Virus genome (UHGV): UHGV-1364187
Strand: one strand, 5' to 3'
DNA length: 64,000 bases
DNA from: a virus
The notes below the pieces were generated by a model, which worked only from the letters and a program-made list of their open reading frames with translations, was not told the DNA's origin and did not search any database. Both the position numbers and the translations under genes were made by a program. Below are positions 1 through 8,986 of this stretch, piece by piece; positions within the stretch are counted from its first letter, which is position 1, and every line of letters starts with the position of its first letter.

Positions 1-2184
1 GGAGAATATGTAAATGCTTTACCAAATCTCCATATACTAAAATCTAAAGATATTCTTATTACAGATACTAATAATAGTTTTGAAGATTTTGATAGTACAT
101 ATTCATCATATGTAATATTAAAAGCTTCTGATTTTACTGGAGGAACATTCTCATTATCTGGAGAATCATTACGTAATTTTTCATATGTAGCATTTCCTAC
201 AATAGATTATGTAAATGGTATATTTGCTATGGTAAGTTTCTTAACACCATATGCAAATGCACAAACACCATTAGTTAAAGATAGTGATGATATCTATAAA
301 CTAATACCATTTACTAGTAGAATATTTGATACTAGTAATGTATTTGATTCTGCTAAAACAAATTCTATCAAAAATCGTGATAGTAGATATGCTTTAGGTA
401 ATAATGGATTCTTTGGATGGATTAAAGAAGCTAATAGTGGAACAGAAATAGATGATATGTATAATGTAAACTGTAGGGTTACTAATCTAAGACATATGAA
501 CAATAATATCGTAAATAATACTGTAACTGTAAAGACTAATGAACTTGTGAATAGTACATCTGACAGATTACCATTAACAGATCAAAAGAAACTTACAATT
601 ATGAATGAACAGTATGATAGTATATCTACATTATTAGAAGACGAAGCTGAACTCAAATATATTATCAATCCATCTAGCGGTTCTTATGATATATCGCAAT
701 CACAAAATAAACAATTATTGTCTAATAATGGTAGTGTGTATTATATTAAGTATTGTTCAAATAAGAGTTTAGGTGGTATTATTAAATCTGGAAATGCCCT
801 ACTGTACGTAAATGCTATGCAAACAGGATACTTACAAATATTAGAAGCATATGCAGATATAAATCAATGTAGTAATACTGATATTTCAAATACTACACTA
901 TATTCTTCATTATCTAATCCTAGTGAATTATTAGGATCTTCATATAAGAAATCTGCAATTGAATTAAGAACTTCATTAGAATTCGGAAATCCTTCATGTT
1001 TCAATTCTATTGTAGAAAAAAATGTGACTTATATTGGTCATGATAATGGATTAATATTAGTACTTGATAATACTACACTAGATGTAATTTATTCAATTAA
1101 TATTAAAAAGATAATTATTGATAATACAGATCAATTCTATAATAACTATAAGATCAATACTATAGATTGGTTTGATGATAATTGTTTTGCTTTTACGTGT
1201 GAATATAATCCATATGTATATTGTATTAATAAAACTGATGGATCATTAGTATGGGCACATAATAGCGGTATATCAGAAGGATTACAAGTAGTAAGTAGTT
1301 TAAACCAATCAGTTTATTTCTGTTATAGAAATAAAGATGATCAAATAAGATTAGCCGAATGGAAGAAGTTTGCTAATAATAACAATAGTGGAAACACAAA
1401 TACATCTAGTGGAGAAGATCCTTGGAGAAAAGTTTTAGATCTACCAACTAATGTAATGTTTAGTAGATCATGTGTATTGGGAGATAAAATTTACATTATA
1501 GGTGGATTACAACCAAGAGATATGTATATTTTTGATGGTAATAATTTAATAAAATCAAATATAGAATTGCCATATCCATTCATGGACGGTTGTGTTATTG
1601 GGTATGATGGTAAAATTCATATGCTAGGTGGATCAGTGACAGATAGTAAAAATCTACATTATACATTCGACGGTACTAAATGGGAAAAGATGAATGATTT
1701 ACCATACGATTTTACTAATGGTAGTGTAGTTAGTACATATAATACTTATTATAATACACCAATGATGTATCTTGTTGGAGGAACAGAATATAATACAAAT
1801 AATAAACTTACAACATATTATAATAATAGTGGAAAATACGAAGTGCGTACACATCCAGTTAGTTTTAAAAGAACATGCTCTGTATATTATAATGATGATC
1901 TTCATATTCTTGGAGGTCAAGACACATCAAAGAGTCATTATTATAATGGGTCATTATATAAATTAGAAGATATACCATATCAATTATATGGTGGTGATGC
2001 TGTAGTTTATAATGATAAGATTCATATCTTCGGTGGTGGAGGTGGAAAACGTCGTCATTATAGTTATGATGGAAATTCGTGGACTAGAGAGAAAGATTTA
2101 AATTTTGATTTTGATTGGAATTGTATGGTTATATATGATAACAAACTTTATGCAATAACAGATAATGCTATTTATACTTTATAA
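1..2184 (+). CDS. Kelch-repeat beta-propeller protein, 5'-partial (reading frame is open from nt 1)
   Basis: Frame 1 has no stop from nt 1 to the TAA at 2182-2184. The C-terminal half has repeated ~47-aa units with the Kelch-like pattern GG...Y.(F/Y)DG..W (IYIIGGLQPRDMYIFDGNN; IHMLGGSVTD..HYTFDGTKWEKMNDLPYD; LHILGGQD..HYYNGSLY; IHIFGGGGGKRRHYSYDGNSWT). Confidence 0.6.
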   Translation, partial: GEYVNALPNLHILKSKDILITDTNNSFEDFDSTYSSYVILKASDFTGGTFSLSGESLRNFSYVAFPTIDYVNGIFAMVSFLTPYANAQTPLVKDSDDIYKLIPFTSRIFDTSNVFDSAKTNSIKNRDSRYALGNNGFFGWIKEANSGTEIDDMYNVNCRVTNLRHMNNNIVNNTVTVKTNELVNSTSDRLPLTDQKKLTIMNEQYDSISTLLEDEAELKYIINPSSGSYDISQSQNKQLLSNNGSVYYIKYCSNKSLGGIIKSGNALLYVNAMQTGYLQILEAYADINQCSNTDISNTTLYSSLSNPSELLGSSYKKSAIELRTSLEFGNPSCFNSIVEKNVTYIGHDNGLILVLDNTTLDVIYSINIKKIIIDNTDQFYNNYKINTIDWFDDNCFAFTCEYNPYVYCINKTDGSLVWAHNSGISEGLQVVSSLNQSVYFCYRNKDDQIRLAEWKKFANNNNSGNTNTSSGEDPWRKVLDLPTNVMFSRSCVLGDKIYIIGGLQPRDMYIFDGNNLIKSNIELPYPFMDGCVIGYDGKIHMLGGSVTDSKNLHYTFDGTKWEKMNDLPYDFTNGSVVSTYNTYYNTPMMYLVGGTEYNTNNKLTTYYNNSGKYEVRTHPVSFKRTCSVYYNDDLHILGGQDTSKSHYYNGSLYKLEDIPYQLYGGDAVVYNDKIHIFGGGGGKRRHYSYDGNSWTREKDLNFDFDWNCMVIYDNKLYAITDNAIYTL

Positions 2185-2195
2185 AAAATAAATGC

Positions 2196-2228
2196 ACATG
2201 TGGGATTTGATTCTCACATGTACATTTT
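2196..2228 (+). terminator. Imperfect hairpin (cacatgtg..cacatgtac) followed by ATTTT, downstream of the Kelch gene
   Basis: Inverted repeat acatgtg/cacatgt read directly; the T-run is weak. Confidence 0.3.
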
Positions 2229-2257
2229 AATAATATCTTAAAAGGAGGTAAAAATAA

Positions 2258-3985
2258 ATGATAGGAAGACAGATGAATATATATACTAGAAAGCCTGTTA
2301 TGCTTACAGTAACATGGAAAGCTAATGGTGTTGTATTAAAAGAAGAACAAGTAGAAATAGGAGATCCTGCAACACCTCCAACTAATGTAAGTATAGAAGG
2401 ATATGATTTTTTAGGATGGGATAAAGATTATTATAGAATTATGAACAATATGGTTATAAATGCTAAATTAAAGATTAAAACTTACACTGTAAGATTCTTT
2501 ATGAGTGGTATATTATTATCAACACAATATGTAGAATATGATAAATCTGCAAATCCACCAACAAATCTAACAATACCAGAGGGATATATTCATAAAGGAT
2601 GGGATAAAGATTATACACACATCAAGAGTGATACAGATATTAATGCTATTATAGATATTAAAAGATTCATGGTATACTTTTATGATAATTCTTATGATGC
2701 AAAATATAAGAGAAATGTATTAAAAACAGAAGAAGTCGAATATGGTAAAGATGCAACCCCTCCTACATCTATAAATACTCCAATAGAACAATATAAAGTT
2801 CTTTCTGGATGGATTATGAGTTCTATATCACAATATACATATAGAGAAGATCATAAAAACATTAAAGATGAAATGCACTTATATCCATTTATTACAAATG
2901 ATTGGTATTTTGCAGATGGTGTATATAATGAAGTAAGTTCATATAGCTTTACATCTCCTGTCACTGGAGCTGTAACACAAAGTTCATACTCTTGCTTCTT
3001 TGGAGATTTATATAAGAAAAATGTCCAAGGTGCTACAGGTTATGATCTAGAATATAAATATTTTAATACAGAATTGTCTAAATTATCATATGATACTTCA
3101 TATATTAATGCAGAAATTCAAAACTTGATGTATATATGTACTGTAGAAGTATTAAAGAGTGGTGCTATAACACTGACAGCAACAATTGATGGTATAACGC
3201 ATAGTACTACTATAAATGGAACAAGATTATATACTAAAGATGAATTGATATATAATGTAGGATTAAATTATAATATATTTACAGATAATCCTACAGGTGA
3301 TGATTTCTATAAACTAGAACAATGGTATGGTAATCCACTTATTCATATAATTCCATTATATGATGAATCTGGAAACTTTGTAAAGAACTTTGCTGGATAT
3401 GGAGAATCATCTACTCCTTATAATAGTAACAATCTTGTACAAATAGAGAGTGCTGAAAATATGATAGTGCGTACAGAGGATTATTATCTACATGCTGATG
3501 ATTTCGCTGATAGAACTCATCCTATTCTATTAGATGCTATTATGAAACCTGGAACATTCTCTATTACATTTAAAGGAACACCATATTTTGGTTCTCCTAT
3601 AACATGTAAGAAAGTTATAAATATTGCAGATAAAGGTATTTCTTCTATAGAATATAATGGAAATGCTATAACTGAATTAGAAATTCCAGTTAGTCAAACT
3701 ACAACTTTAAATTACAAAGTTAAGAGATCTGTTAATGGATCTTCAGAACAATGGTTTGATACAACACAAAGTACATGGAATGGTAAGAGTGTAAAAGATA
3801 TTGTAACTGTAGGAGTATTTGCTGGATATAGTTATGATCCATATACACAAGTTCCTAGAATGGATATAGAAATTACATCAGGTGGAATAGCTATAACACC
3901 TAAACTTACTGGATATGCGTTATTAGAAATAAAATGTAATGATAATAGTGAATATACAAGACATGTATTATTAATAATCAAATAA
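2258..3985 (+). CDS. Listeria-Bacteroides repeat (Flg_new-type) domain protein; likely surface/structural or host-binding
   Basis: AGGAGG RBS 8 nt upstream of the ATG. Repeated motif P(P/T)TN(V/L)..EGY.F.GWDKDY (EGYDFLGWDKDYYRI, EGYIHKGWDKDYTHI, YKVLSGW), characteristic of the PF09479 repeat. Confidence 0.6.
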   Translation: MIGRQMNIYTRKPVMLTVTWKANGVVLKEEQVEIGDPATPPTNVSIEGYDFLGWDKDYYRIMNNMVINAKLKIKTYTVRFFMSGILLSTQYVEYDKSANPPTNLTIPEGYIHKGWDKDYTHIKSDTDINAIIDIKRFMVYFYDNSYDAKYKRNVLKTEEVEYGKDATPPTSINTPIEQYKVLSGWIMSSISQYTYREDHKNIKDEMHLYPFITNDWYFADGVYNEVSSYSFTSPVTGAVTQSSYSCFFGDLYKKNVQGATGYDLEYKYFNTELSKLSYDTSYINAEIQNLMYICTVEVLKSGAITLTATIDGITHSTTINGTRLYTKDELIYNVGLNYNIFTDNPTGDDFYKLEQWYGNPLIHIIPLYDESGNFVKNFAGYGESSTPYNSNNLVQIESAENMIVRTEDYYLHADDFADRTHPILLDAIMKPGTFSITFKGTPYFGSPITCKKVINIADKGISSIEYNGNAITELEIPVSQTTTLNYKVKRSVNGSSEQWFDTTQSTWNGKSVKDIVTVGVFAGYSYDPYTQVPRMDIEITSGGIAITPKLTGYALLEIKCNDNSEYTRHVLLIIK

Positions 3986-3991
3986 AAAATA

Positions 3992-4034
3992 AAATACATA
4001 GAGAAGATTAAATTTCTTCTCTATGTATTTTTTA
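3992..4034. terminator. Bidirectional rho-independent terminator
   Basis: aatacatagagaaga-ttaaattt-cttctctatgtatt perfect 15-bp stem flanked by an A-run and a T-run, lying between convergent genes. Confidence 0.65.
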
Positions 4035-5222
4035 TTATTCTTCATTTTTTAATATATCTAACCCTACATAATTAGAAAATGTATCAGAAAGTCTATCACT
4101 AACATTATCAAGAATACTAATACATTGTTCTAAATAATTTCTTATATATAATGAATTATATACATAAACGTTTCCGTTATATAACAATAATACCGTCGTA
4201 GCACCATATTTTTCTAGAACTTTTTCTTCTTCTATTTCGTTAAATTGTTTAATGATTTCTGATATATTATCTTTAGCCTGTTTTAATAAATCTTCTCTAT
4301 AAAAATCATTTTTATTTACTATATCCATAATAGTATTAATACTATTCATAGATGTATACATAAATATTATTCCAGATTTAATTTGGAAATCTGAATCATT
4401 TAATGGATAAACTATTGGAGCTAAATCTAATTGGGATACATTACCAACTACTTCTCCATCTTTATATATATAATCATTATTTATAAACAACATTTCGTCT
4501 GTAAGTAAGATGGCTTTAGACATCATTAAATCTTCGTATGGTATAATCATATTAGTTGGAACATAGCCATCTACATTGTACATATTTGTTGTAGATACTG
4601 ATGCTACATTAGTTCTTAGATCATTAATAAGATATATTGATCCGTTATGATAAATATAAAATCTAGTATCTTGACCATTATAATAATCACTATAAACAGT
4701 CTTGATAATATCATACATAAAAGATTGTATCTGTTGATTTTTAACAATACTTTCCATACAACATTTTGTTTCTAATAATAACATTTCTTTCATATACATT
4801 CCTGGAATACAGAATGTTCTAATCATACCATCTTTGATTTCACATCTATATTGTGGGTATGAATCAAAGATATTAAGTTTTCTAGTTTCAAATCTAATAC
4901 CTTCTAATTCTCCATTATCATTTGTATATTCAGATACATATAAGAATGAATCTTTTAGTTGTAAATCTAATGATGTAATAGTTCCTTCTCCATTATCATA
5001 ATATACATGATATGTTTCGTTATCTTGATCAAATATCACTTCGTCGATATCATAAATTTCTATGATATTATTATCTATAATAATTCTATCTACTGTATCT
5101 ATTGTATCTAGTTCTAATTTAATATTTCCATCTTCCATTCTTTCTAATTTAGCCTTTTCAGTTTCACACATAAATGCAATTCTTTTATCACTCATATTAT
5201 TTATCCTCCTCAGATAATTCAT
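4035..5222 (-). CDS. Hypothetical protein (395 aa)
   Basis: Long ORF in an AT-rich genome; AGGAGGAT RBS upstream of the ATG at 5222. Confidence 0.6.
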   Translation of the reverse strand: MNYLRRINNMSDKRIAFMCETEKAKLERMEDGNIKLELDTIDTVDRIIIDNNIIEIYDIDEVIFDQDNETYHVYYDNGEGTITSLDLQLKDSFLYVSEYTNDNGELEGIRFETRKLNIFDSYPQYRCEIKDGMIRTFCIPGMYMKEMLLLETKCCMESIVKNQQIQSFMYDIIKTVYSDYYNGQDTRFYIYHNGSIYLINDLRTNVASVSTTNMYNVDGYVPTNMIIPYEDLMMSKAILLTDEMLFINNDYIYKDGEVVGNVSQLDLAPIVYPLNDSDFQIKSGIIFMYTSMNSINTIMDIVNKNDFYREDLLKQAKDNISEIIKQFNEIEEEKVLEKYGATTVLLLYNGNVYVYNSLYIRNYLEQCISILDNVSDRLSDTFSNYVGLDILKNEE

Positions 5223-5418
5223 TAATAAATTTTACTATAATATACTTGCTATCTCCCATTAAATCTAATGTCATCTGTCTTGTAGTATGAATTATAATAT
5301 CATAACCATATTCTGTAACAATATCATATCTGATAAGTTTGTCACTATCATCAACTATAATAAGTGAAATATTAAAAAGTGATTGTGCACCAAATTCTGT
5401 ATTAACAGTAAGTACCAT
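5197..5418 (-). CDS. Hypothetical small protein (73 aa); its start lies inside the upstream 33-aa ORF
   Basis: ORF only; no good RBS; may be translationally coupled to 5402..5503. Confidence 0.3.
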   Translation of the reverse strand: MVLTVNTEFGAQSLFNISLIIVDDSDKLIRYDIVTEYGYDIIIHTTRQMTLDLMGDSKYIIVKFINELSEEDK

Positions 5419-5503
5419 TGATTCGTTGAATACTTAATATTTTACCATTAATAGTTATATACTTCTTGATATAATCATCTCTTATATCAAAATATTCTTT
5501 CAT
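5402..5503 (-). CDS. Small ORF, 33 aa (MKEYFDIRDDYIKKYITINGKILSIQRINGTYC)
   Basis: AAGGAG RBS 10 nt upstream of the ATG; preceded by a copy of the early-promoter-like motif. Shorter than the 60-aa cutoff of the ORF track. Confidence 0.35.
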   Translation of the reverse strand: MKEYFDIRDDYIKKYITINGKILSIQRINGTYC

Positions 5504-5533
5504 AATAAAATCACTCCTTATATATGTATTCAA

Positions 5534-5556
5534 TTATATAATATATAATTGAAATT
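5534..5556 (-). promoter_or_regulatory. Early-promoter-like motif copy (minus-strand reading TTTCAATTATATATTATATAATTG)
   Basis: One of at least 6 copies of a ~24-bp AT-rich motif, each upstream of a gene start. Confidence 0.4.
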
Positions 5557-5590
5557 AGTATTACTCCATTGTTGGAGTAATACTAATTTT

Positions 5591-6331
5591 TTATAACTCA
5601 TGGTAATGATAATACTTACCATTAAGTTCCCCATTTAATTTAGACAATACATGCAAACTATCCATTTTCATATCAAATAGATAATCATCCATACATTCAA
5701 GAATTCTGGCTCCTTTAATTTCACATGTTTTATATGTGTCATTAATAAGTGCTATATCACTTATTTTTCTAGCCAACCTCTCTAATCTATCTCGATTCCA
5801 ATCAATGAACTTGTCTCTAAATATAACGACCGCTTCATAATCTTGAGAATCGATATTCCAACCAGAAAGCTGTTCACATGCCATTCTTCCTTCAGAGAAC
5901 ATATTCATTGCCAATGTATATAGCCTATTGCATTCATTACAATTTGATGCACAATTATCTATACATTCCTGTGCTTCTTGTGCAAATTTAATACATGGTT
6001 CTTTCCAACAAGATATTGAAAAGGACAAAAAATCTGACGCTAACTTTAATCTCCCCACATTACTAACACCATCCATTGTAATTATCTGTGCGTTTCTCAT
6101 ATGATGATCAATATTTACATGAACAGGATGTGTAGTTAATGATGGATAAGATTCCTCAACTCCATTTTGTTTAATAGTCTTCATTTTCTTATTGCAAATA
6201 AATGTCACTACAATTGCAATTACAGAAAACATTCCTGCAACAAGTTGGGAAGCAATATCTGTAAAATCTATCATGTTTACGGGTATTAGAATAATAAAAT
6301 TTTGGATTATGAACGGATCTAATACCTCCAC
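5591..6331 (-). CDS. Membrane-anchored, Cys-rich hypothetical protein (246 aa)
   Basis: One N-terminal hydrophobic segment (FTDIASQLVAGMFSVIAIVVTFIC); cysteine-rich soluble part (CIDNCASNCNECN). Confidence 0.55.
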   Translation of the reverse strand: MEVLDPFIIQNFIILIPVNMIDFTDIASQLVAGMFSVIAIVVTFICNKKMKTIKQNGVEESYPSLTTHPVHVNIDHHMRNAQIITMDGVSNVGRLKLASDFLSFSISCWKEPCIKFAQEAQECIDNCASNCNECNRLYTLAMNMFSEGRMACEQLSGWNIDSQDYEAVVIFRDKFIDWNRDRLERLARKISDIALINDTYKTCEIKGARILECMDDYLFDMKMDSLHVLSKLNGELNGKYYHYHEL

Positions 6332-6418
6332 ACCCCCTTTAATTACTTGTTACCCATAAAGTTTCAATTTTATATCAATAACTTTATATTAAAATATAAC
6401 ATTTGGAGGTATGCTTAA

Positions 6419-6757
6419 ATGATTGAAATTGTTATATCTACAATAATAGTATTAGTATTACTAAATGAATTTAGAAAGATATTAGAATATTTATATACAG
6501 AAGAAAAATACATAATCGCTAGCACATTAGATTTCCTTAGAGATAATCCAACTGAAATCAGATACACTAAAGGAATACATTATATGATTGATTATATAGT
6601 AAATAATATAATGATATCTTATTTACCTAATGATATATATAAAACTTCCATACATAAAATTATATTCTCTTGTGTAGTACGTAAATACTTAAAAGATCTT
6701 ATAAATGATAATATTGCTGAAGTTGTAAAAATTATCGTGGATGAAAAATACAGATAA
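6419..6757 (+). CDS. Hypothetical protein (112 aa)
   Basis: GGAGG RBS upstream of the ATG. Confidence 0.5.
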   Translation: MIEIVISTIIVLVLLNEFRKILEYLYTEEKYIIASTLDFLRDNPTEIRYTKGIHYMIDYIVNNIMISYLPNDIYKTSIHKIIFSCVVRKYLKDLINDNIAEVVKIIVDEKYR

Positions 6758-6760
6758 ACC

Positions 6761-8074
6761 CTAATATGGTTTATCTGTAGTTATTCTGTTTTTATTTAAT
6801 TCTTCCATTATAATAGTTTGTTCATGTACAAATTCAGTATCTAAATATAAAGCTATATATGTAGTTATACCTTTAAAAGGTTCAGAATAAGTTCCAATGC
6901 ATGTTTCCCAGTCCATAGATACTTGTAGTTCTTTATCTGAATTAAATGTTTTTATATCTATAAACTCTCTAGGACTTATACCAAGTTTTAATGCTTGTCT
7001 TATAAGAGGAGTTACATGAATACTATCAAATAATTCTATAAACGGAATTTTTGGTATCTCATCTTGATCAAATTCTGCATAATCTACGTTAAGATAATTA
7101 TTCCATCCTTTTTCATTTACTGTAGGTATATGTAGTGTAGTTATTTCTCCCACAATAACAGTTTCTTCACTACCTTGAGATAATTTATGAATAATCTCAT
7201 GTTCTGTTCTAGAATAATATGCATACCATCTAGGTGCTGGAATCTTGACTCCTATATTAAAATCTATCATATATGAATCAGATACATGATTTTTTGTTTG
7301 TCCATCATCAAGACTCATTCTCTCTGTTAGGTCTATATCTATTGAAAAATTTCTCATTCTAACAAAGAATTCATTAATACCATTCGTGCGTCTAAATTTA
7401 TATAATATCGGTAATTCTGATTTGGAATTAAGGTATCTTACAAATTTAGCACATTCTGATACATCACCACTTTGTATATTAAATCCTACATCTTTAGCAA
7501 ATTGAATCATTACATGTAATGGAATATGGAAATCTAAATCTATCTTGAATCTCCTCTTTGTTCCAATAGGTAATACAACACCAAGTCTTTCAAATAAATC
7601 TACTTGTTTTGATCTAGTATCAACTTTAATTTTTACATTATAATTCAATTCTACTAATTTAAGTCCTAGTGCTAAGAATAAATGTCTATCATAATCTTTT
7701 ATGAATGATGTATCTAATCTTCCCATTTGCATTGCTAAATTTACACCAAATCTTACATCATTATGATCATTATTATTGAAATCATAATTTATTCTTGGTG
7801 TAATAGCAATAGCTGGAGTTGGTTTACTTATAAAATTATAAGATTTATCCATTTTTCTATACTCATCCAATATATGTTTTTCATTAATATATACTGTCTT
7901 AAAGTAATCTTTTGGTAATCCACTTAATATGAAATCTTTAATATATTCAGTTGCTATTGATTCTGTGTGGATTAATGATGGTGAAGCCATACTCATATTT
8001 AAATTTACTTCTTGTTTCTTTTTTAATATATCTGCAGGATTACATTTCTTTAGATTAGGATTTCTATTAATCAT
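6761..8074 (-). CDS. Hypothetical protein (437 aa)
   Basis: Long ORF; GGAGTGAT RBS-like sequence upstream. Confidence 0.6.
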   Translation of the reverse strand: MINRNPNLKKCNPADILKKKQEVNLNMSMASPSLIHTESIATEYIKDFILSGLPKDYFKTVYINEKHILDEYRKMDKSYNFISKPTPAIAITPRINYDFNNNDHNDVRFGVNLAMQMGRLDTSFIKDYDRHLFLALGLKLVELNYNVKIKVDTRSKQVDLFERLGVVLPIGTKRRFKIDLDFHIPLHVMIQFAKDVGFNIQSGDVSECAKFVRYLNSKSELPILYKFRRTNGINEFFVRMRNFSIDIDLTERMSLDDGQTKNHVSDSYMIDFNIGVKIPAPRWYAYYSRTEHEIIHKLSQGSEETVIVGEITTLHIPTVNEKGWNNYLNVDYAEFDQDEIPKIPFIELFDSIHVTPLIRQALKLGISPREFIDIKTFNSDKELQVSMDWETCIGTYSEPFKGITTYIALYLDTEFVHEQTIIMEELNKNRITTDKPY

Positions 8075-8095
8075 TATATCACTCCTTTATCATAA

Positions 8096-8136
8096 AAAAT
8101 AAAAGCATTTACGTTAATGTTCCACGTAAATGCTTT
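8096..8136. terminator. Bidirectional rho-independent terminator after the beta' N-fragment
   Basis: aagcatttacg-ttaatgttcca-cgtaaatgctt stem flanked by an A-run and a T-run. Confidence 0.65.
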
Positions 8137-8144
8137 TTATTATA

Positions 8145-8495
8145 TTAGAAGTGTTTCTGTTCTTTTATTCTCTTAATCTTCTCTAATTGTTCTTGAGAAT
8201 AGTTCTTTCTAGATAATCCAATAAGTGTATTAATATTAATAATAGTATCTCTTGAGTGGTTCATTGCTTTATTAAACATACCATTATTTCTAGAGATATA
8301 TAATGCATTTCTTGGATTAAGAACTTTAAATGCTTCTTCATAGAATGCTTTGTTATTAATTAGGAATATAGATAACGTATCACCATCAAAATCTGCAGCC
8401 ATAGTCTTTAAGATCTGTAATGGTAATGCCATTGTATATGTGTCTAATATTCCTACTACATGCATTTGTAAAATACTTCCATATGAAATTGTAGG
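8145..8495 (-). CDS. RNAP beta' subunit, N-terminal fragment, exon 2 (contains the AADFDGD catalytic motif)
   Basis: TMAADFDGDTLSIFL matches the universal NADFDGD Mg-binding motif of multisubunit RNAP beta'. The preceding PTISYGSILQMHVV region corresponds to E. coli NRAPTLHRLGIQAF. The exon boundary is approximate (+/- ~10 nt). Confidence 0.75.
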   Translation of the reverse strand, partial: PTISYGSILQMHVVGILDTYTMALPLQILKTMAADFDGDTLSIFLINNKAFYEEAFKVLNPRNALYISRNNGMFNKAMNHSRDTIININTLIGLSRKNYSQEQLEKIKRIKEQKHF

Positions 8496-8986
8496 CTCCG
8501 TCTTCACATAGAGTCGTGACTTCTATGCAGTTCTCTTATGAACTTCTATGAGTATTACTCATAAGGAGAGACTATATCTTCATCTTTTACTATTCTTATA
8601 TTATTTCAAATATAAGATACTACTAGCAGTCAGATGCCTTGCACTTCGGATATACTATATCCTACTCTACTCACTTCGTCTATATCTAATTTATTAGATA
8701 TACCTTATTTTTAACTAGATTACTAGTATATTAGCTTTCGATAGTCGTTGAACCTTCTCCTATATAATTTATATAAGAGCTTGGCTGCTGATTGGACATT
8801 GTTTGTTACTTGGCACGATACTTAGGCTCTCACCATATATCATCTTAATGATTATTTCTGTCTTTCGACTGCCATTCACGCTTACCTGTTACAGTTACGT
8901 TGTAGCTCATTAAGCATTAGCCCTTCCCAGACAAGTTCACAAGGTTTTTCTCCGTACATTTCTGTAGGGAGGACCCATCCACAAAT
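8496..8986 (-). mobile_element. Group I self-splicing intron (ORF-less, ~491 nt) inside the beta' gene
   Basis: A GC-richer island separates two ORFs that together give a colinear beta'. On the minus strand it contains GTTCAACGACTATCGAAAG (an R/P6-like core shared with the nrdD introns) and GAAGATATAGTCTC (11/12 match to the S element AAGATATAGTCC), followed by a P9-like hairpin (tatgagtaatactcata). The 5' exon ends in U and the intron ends in G. Confidence 0.65.

Noticed and set aside
1699-1966. Small ORFs 1699..1920(-) and 1772..1966(+) inside the Kelch gene
   Set aside because: They lie fully embedded antisense or out of frame in a long, well-supported CDS, and lack RBS signals. Typical AT-rich spurious ORFs. 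The same applies to 294..503, 13455..13640, 14450..14632, 19707..19892, 22873..23223, 24514..24831, 25062..25280, 25620..25802, 32098..32283, 32838..33071, 34428..34625, 34689..34940, 35043..35237, 38571..38846, 38984..39460, 39851..40054, 40834..41028, 41997..42269, 46500..46918, 47566..48014, all minus-strand ORFs inside 49944..60011, 61060..61377, 61821..62039 and 62270..62464.
8496-8986. GC-richer islands (also 45255..45373 and 45770..46072) as possible tRNA genes
   Set aside because: No cloverleaf could be drawn. The sequences carry group I intron core elements (S box, GACTATCGAAAG) and sit exactly between colinear exon ORFs.
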